Shown here: in pieces, positions 63,596-64,000 of the stretch | How positions within the stretch are numbered: the stretch's first letter is position 1 | How the letters are laid out: each line of letters opens with the position of its first letter | Origin: an uncultured Nitrospiraceae bacterium | Lineage (GTDB): Bacteria > Nitrospirota > Thermodesulfovibrionia > Thermodesulfovibrionales > UBA6898 | DNA: 64,000 bases | Assembly (NCBI GenBank): GCA_963811165.1 | Contig: CAWEQH010000010.1 | Span: 320,001-384,000 of the forward strand | Reading direction: 5' to 3' | Position numbers and translations under genes: made by a program | The notes under the pieces: model-generated | Seen by the model: the letters and a program-made list of their open reading frames with translations, nothing else | What the model was told of the DNA's origin: nothing | Databases searched by the model: none

Positions 63596-64000
63596 ATGCT
63601 TACGGAATTGCACGGCCAGTTGGAACGAATTACCTATCACAACGAGGGAAACCACTATACGATCGCTAAACTCAAGGTGCAGGGTCGGCGGGACCTCGTG
63701 ACCGTCGTCGGCAATATTGCGGCCACATCGCCGGGCGAAATCCTAAGGCTGACAGGCAATTGGGAGATCCACCCGAAATATGGCGAACAGTTCAAAATCA
63801 TATCCTATGAGTCCGTGGTGCCTGCTACCGTCAAGGGGATAGAACGATATCTCGGATCAGGACTTATCAAGGGTATCGGACCCGTAATGGCAAAGCGTCT
63901 TGTCGAAAAATTCGGGGAAGAGACGCTCACCGTTATCGAGATAAAATCCGAAAGACTTCAGGAAGTCGAGGGCATCGGGCACAGACGGGTTGGAATGATA
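63596..64000 (+). CDS. recD2: RecD2 (RecD-like) helicase, 5' part, runs off window
   Basis: MLTELHGQLERITYHNE..., GNWEIHPKYGEQF, YLGSGLIKGIGP, VEGIG. Confidence 0.85.
   Translation, partial: MLTELHGQLERITYHNEGNHYTIAKLKVQGRRDLVTVVGNIAATSPGEILRLTGNWEIHPKYGEQFKIISYESVVPATVKGIERYLGSGLIKGIGPVMAKRLVEKFGEETLTVIEIKSERLQEVEGIGHRRVGMI

Overview
A 64 kb window of core bacterial chromosome, moderately GC-rich and densely coding. Gene content and order (MglA-like GTPase, DUF4388, ppdK, ruvCAB-queH-spoIID-queA, NifA-like activator beside glnB-glnA) suggest an anaerobic Gram-negative lineage such as Nitrospirota or Desulfobacterota; this taxonomy is inference only. Contents: tRNA-Gly(CCC); a tRNA nucleotidyltransferase whose stop codon lies inside a 28-bp XerC/D dif-like site, so the window is probably at the replication terminus; miaB-mtaB; secA; a signalling cassette (GAF-GGDEF cyclase and tail-extended MglA-like GTPase, convergent with a HEAT-repeat protein and an HD-GYP protein that share an unnamed N-terminal domain); tatBC; trxA; ffh (one-base frameshift)-rpsP-khpA-rimM-trmD-rplS-rnhB; a peptide ABC transporter; ppdK; a decayed M23-peptidase/bactofilin pseudo-operon; purM; surE-pcm; MoxR-DUF58-transglutaminase; argH; a two-component pair; gmhA; ruvCAB through phoH-7TM-HD-ybeY-dgkA; a sigma54-driven GATase-glnB-glnA operon; nifA-like; degQ/htrA; a YeiH-type exporter with a small partner; and the 5' end of recD2. 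No CRISPR array, IS, integrase or prophage gene was seen. The most notable observations are the c-di-GMP/MglA/HEAT module, the dif site, the lost cell-shape operon, non-canonical starts (phoH ACG, rimM CTG/ATT) and several apparently leaderless genes. All calls come from motif reading by eye; no database searches were run.
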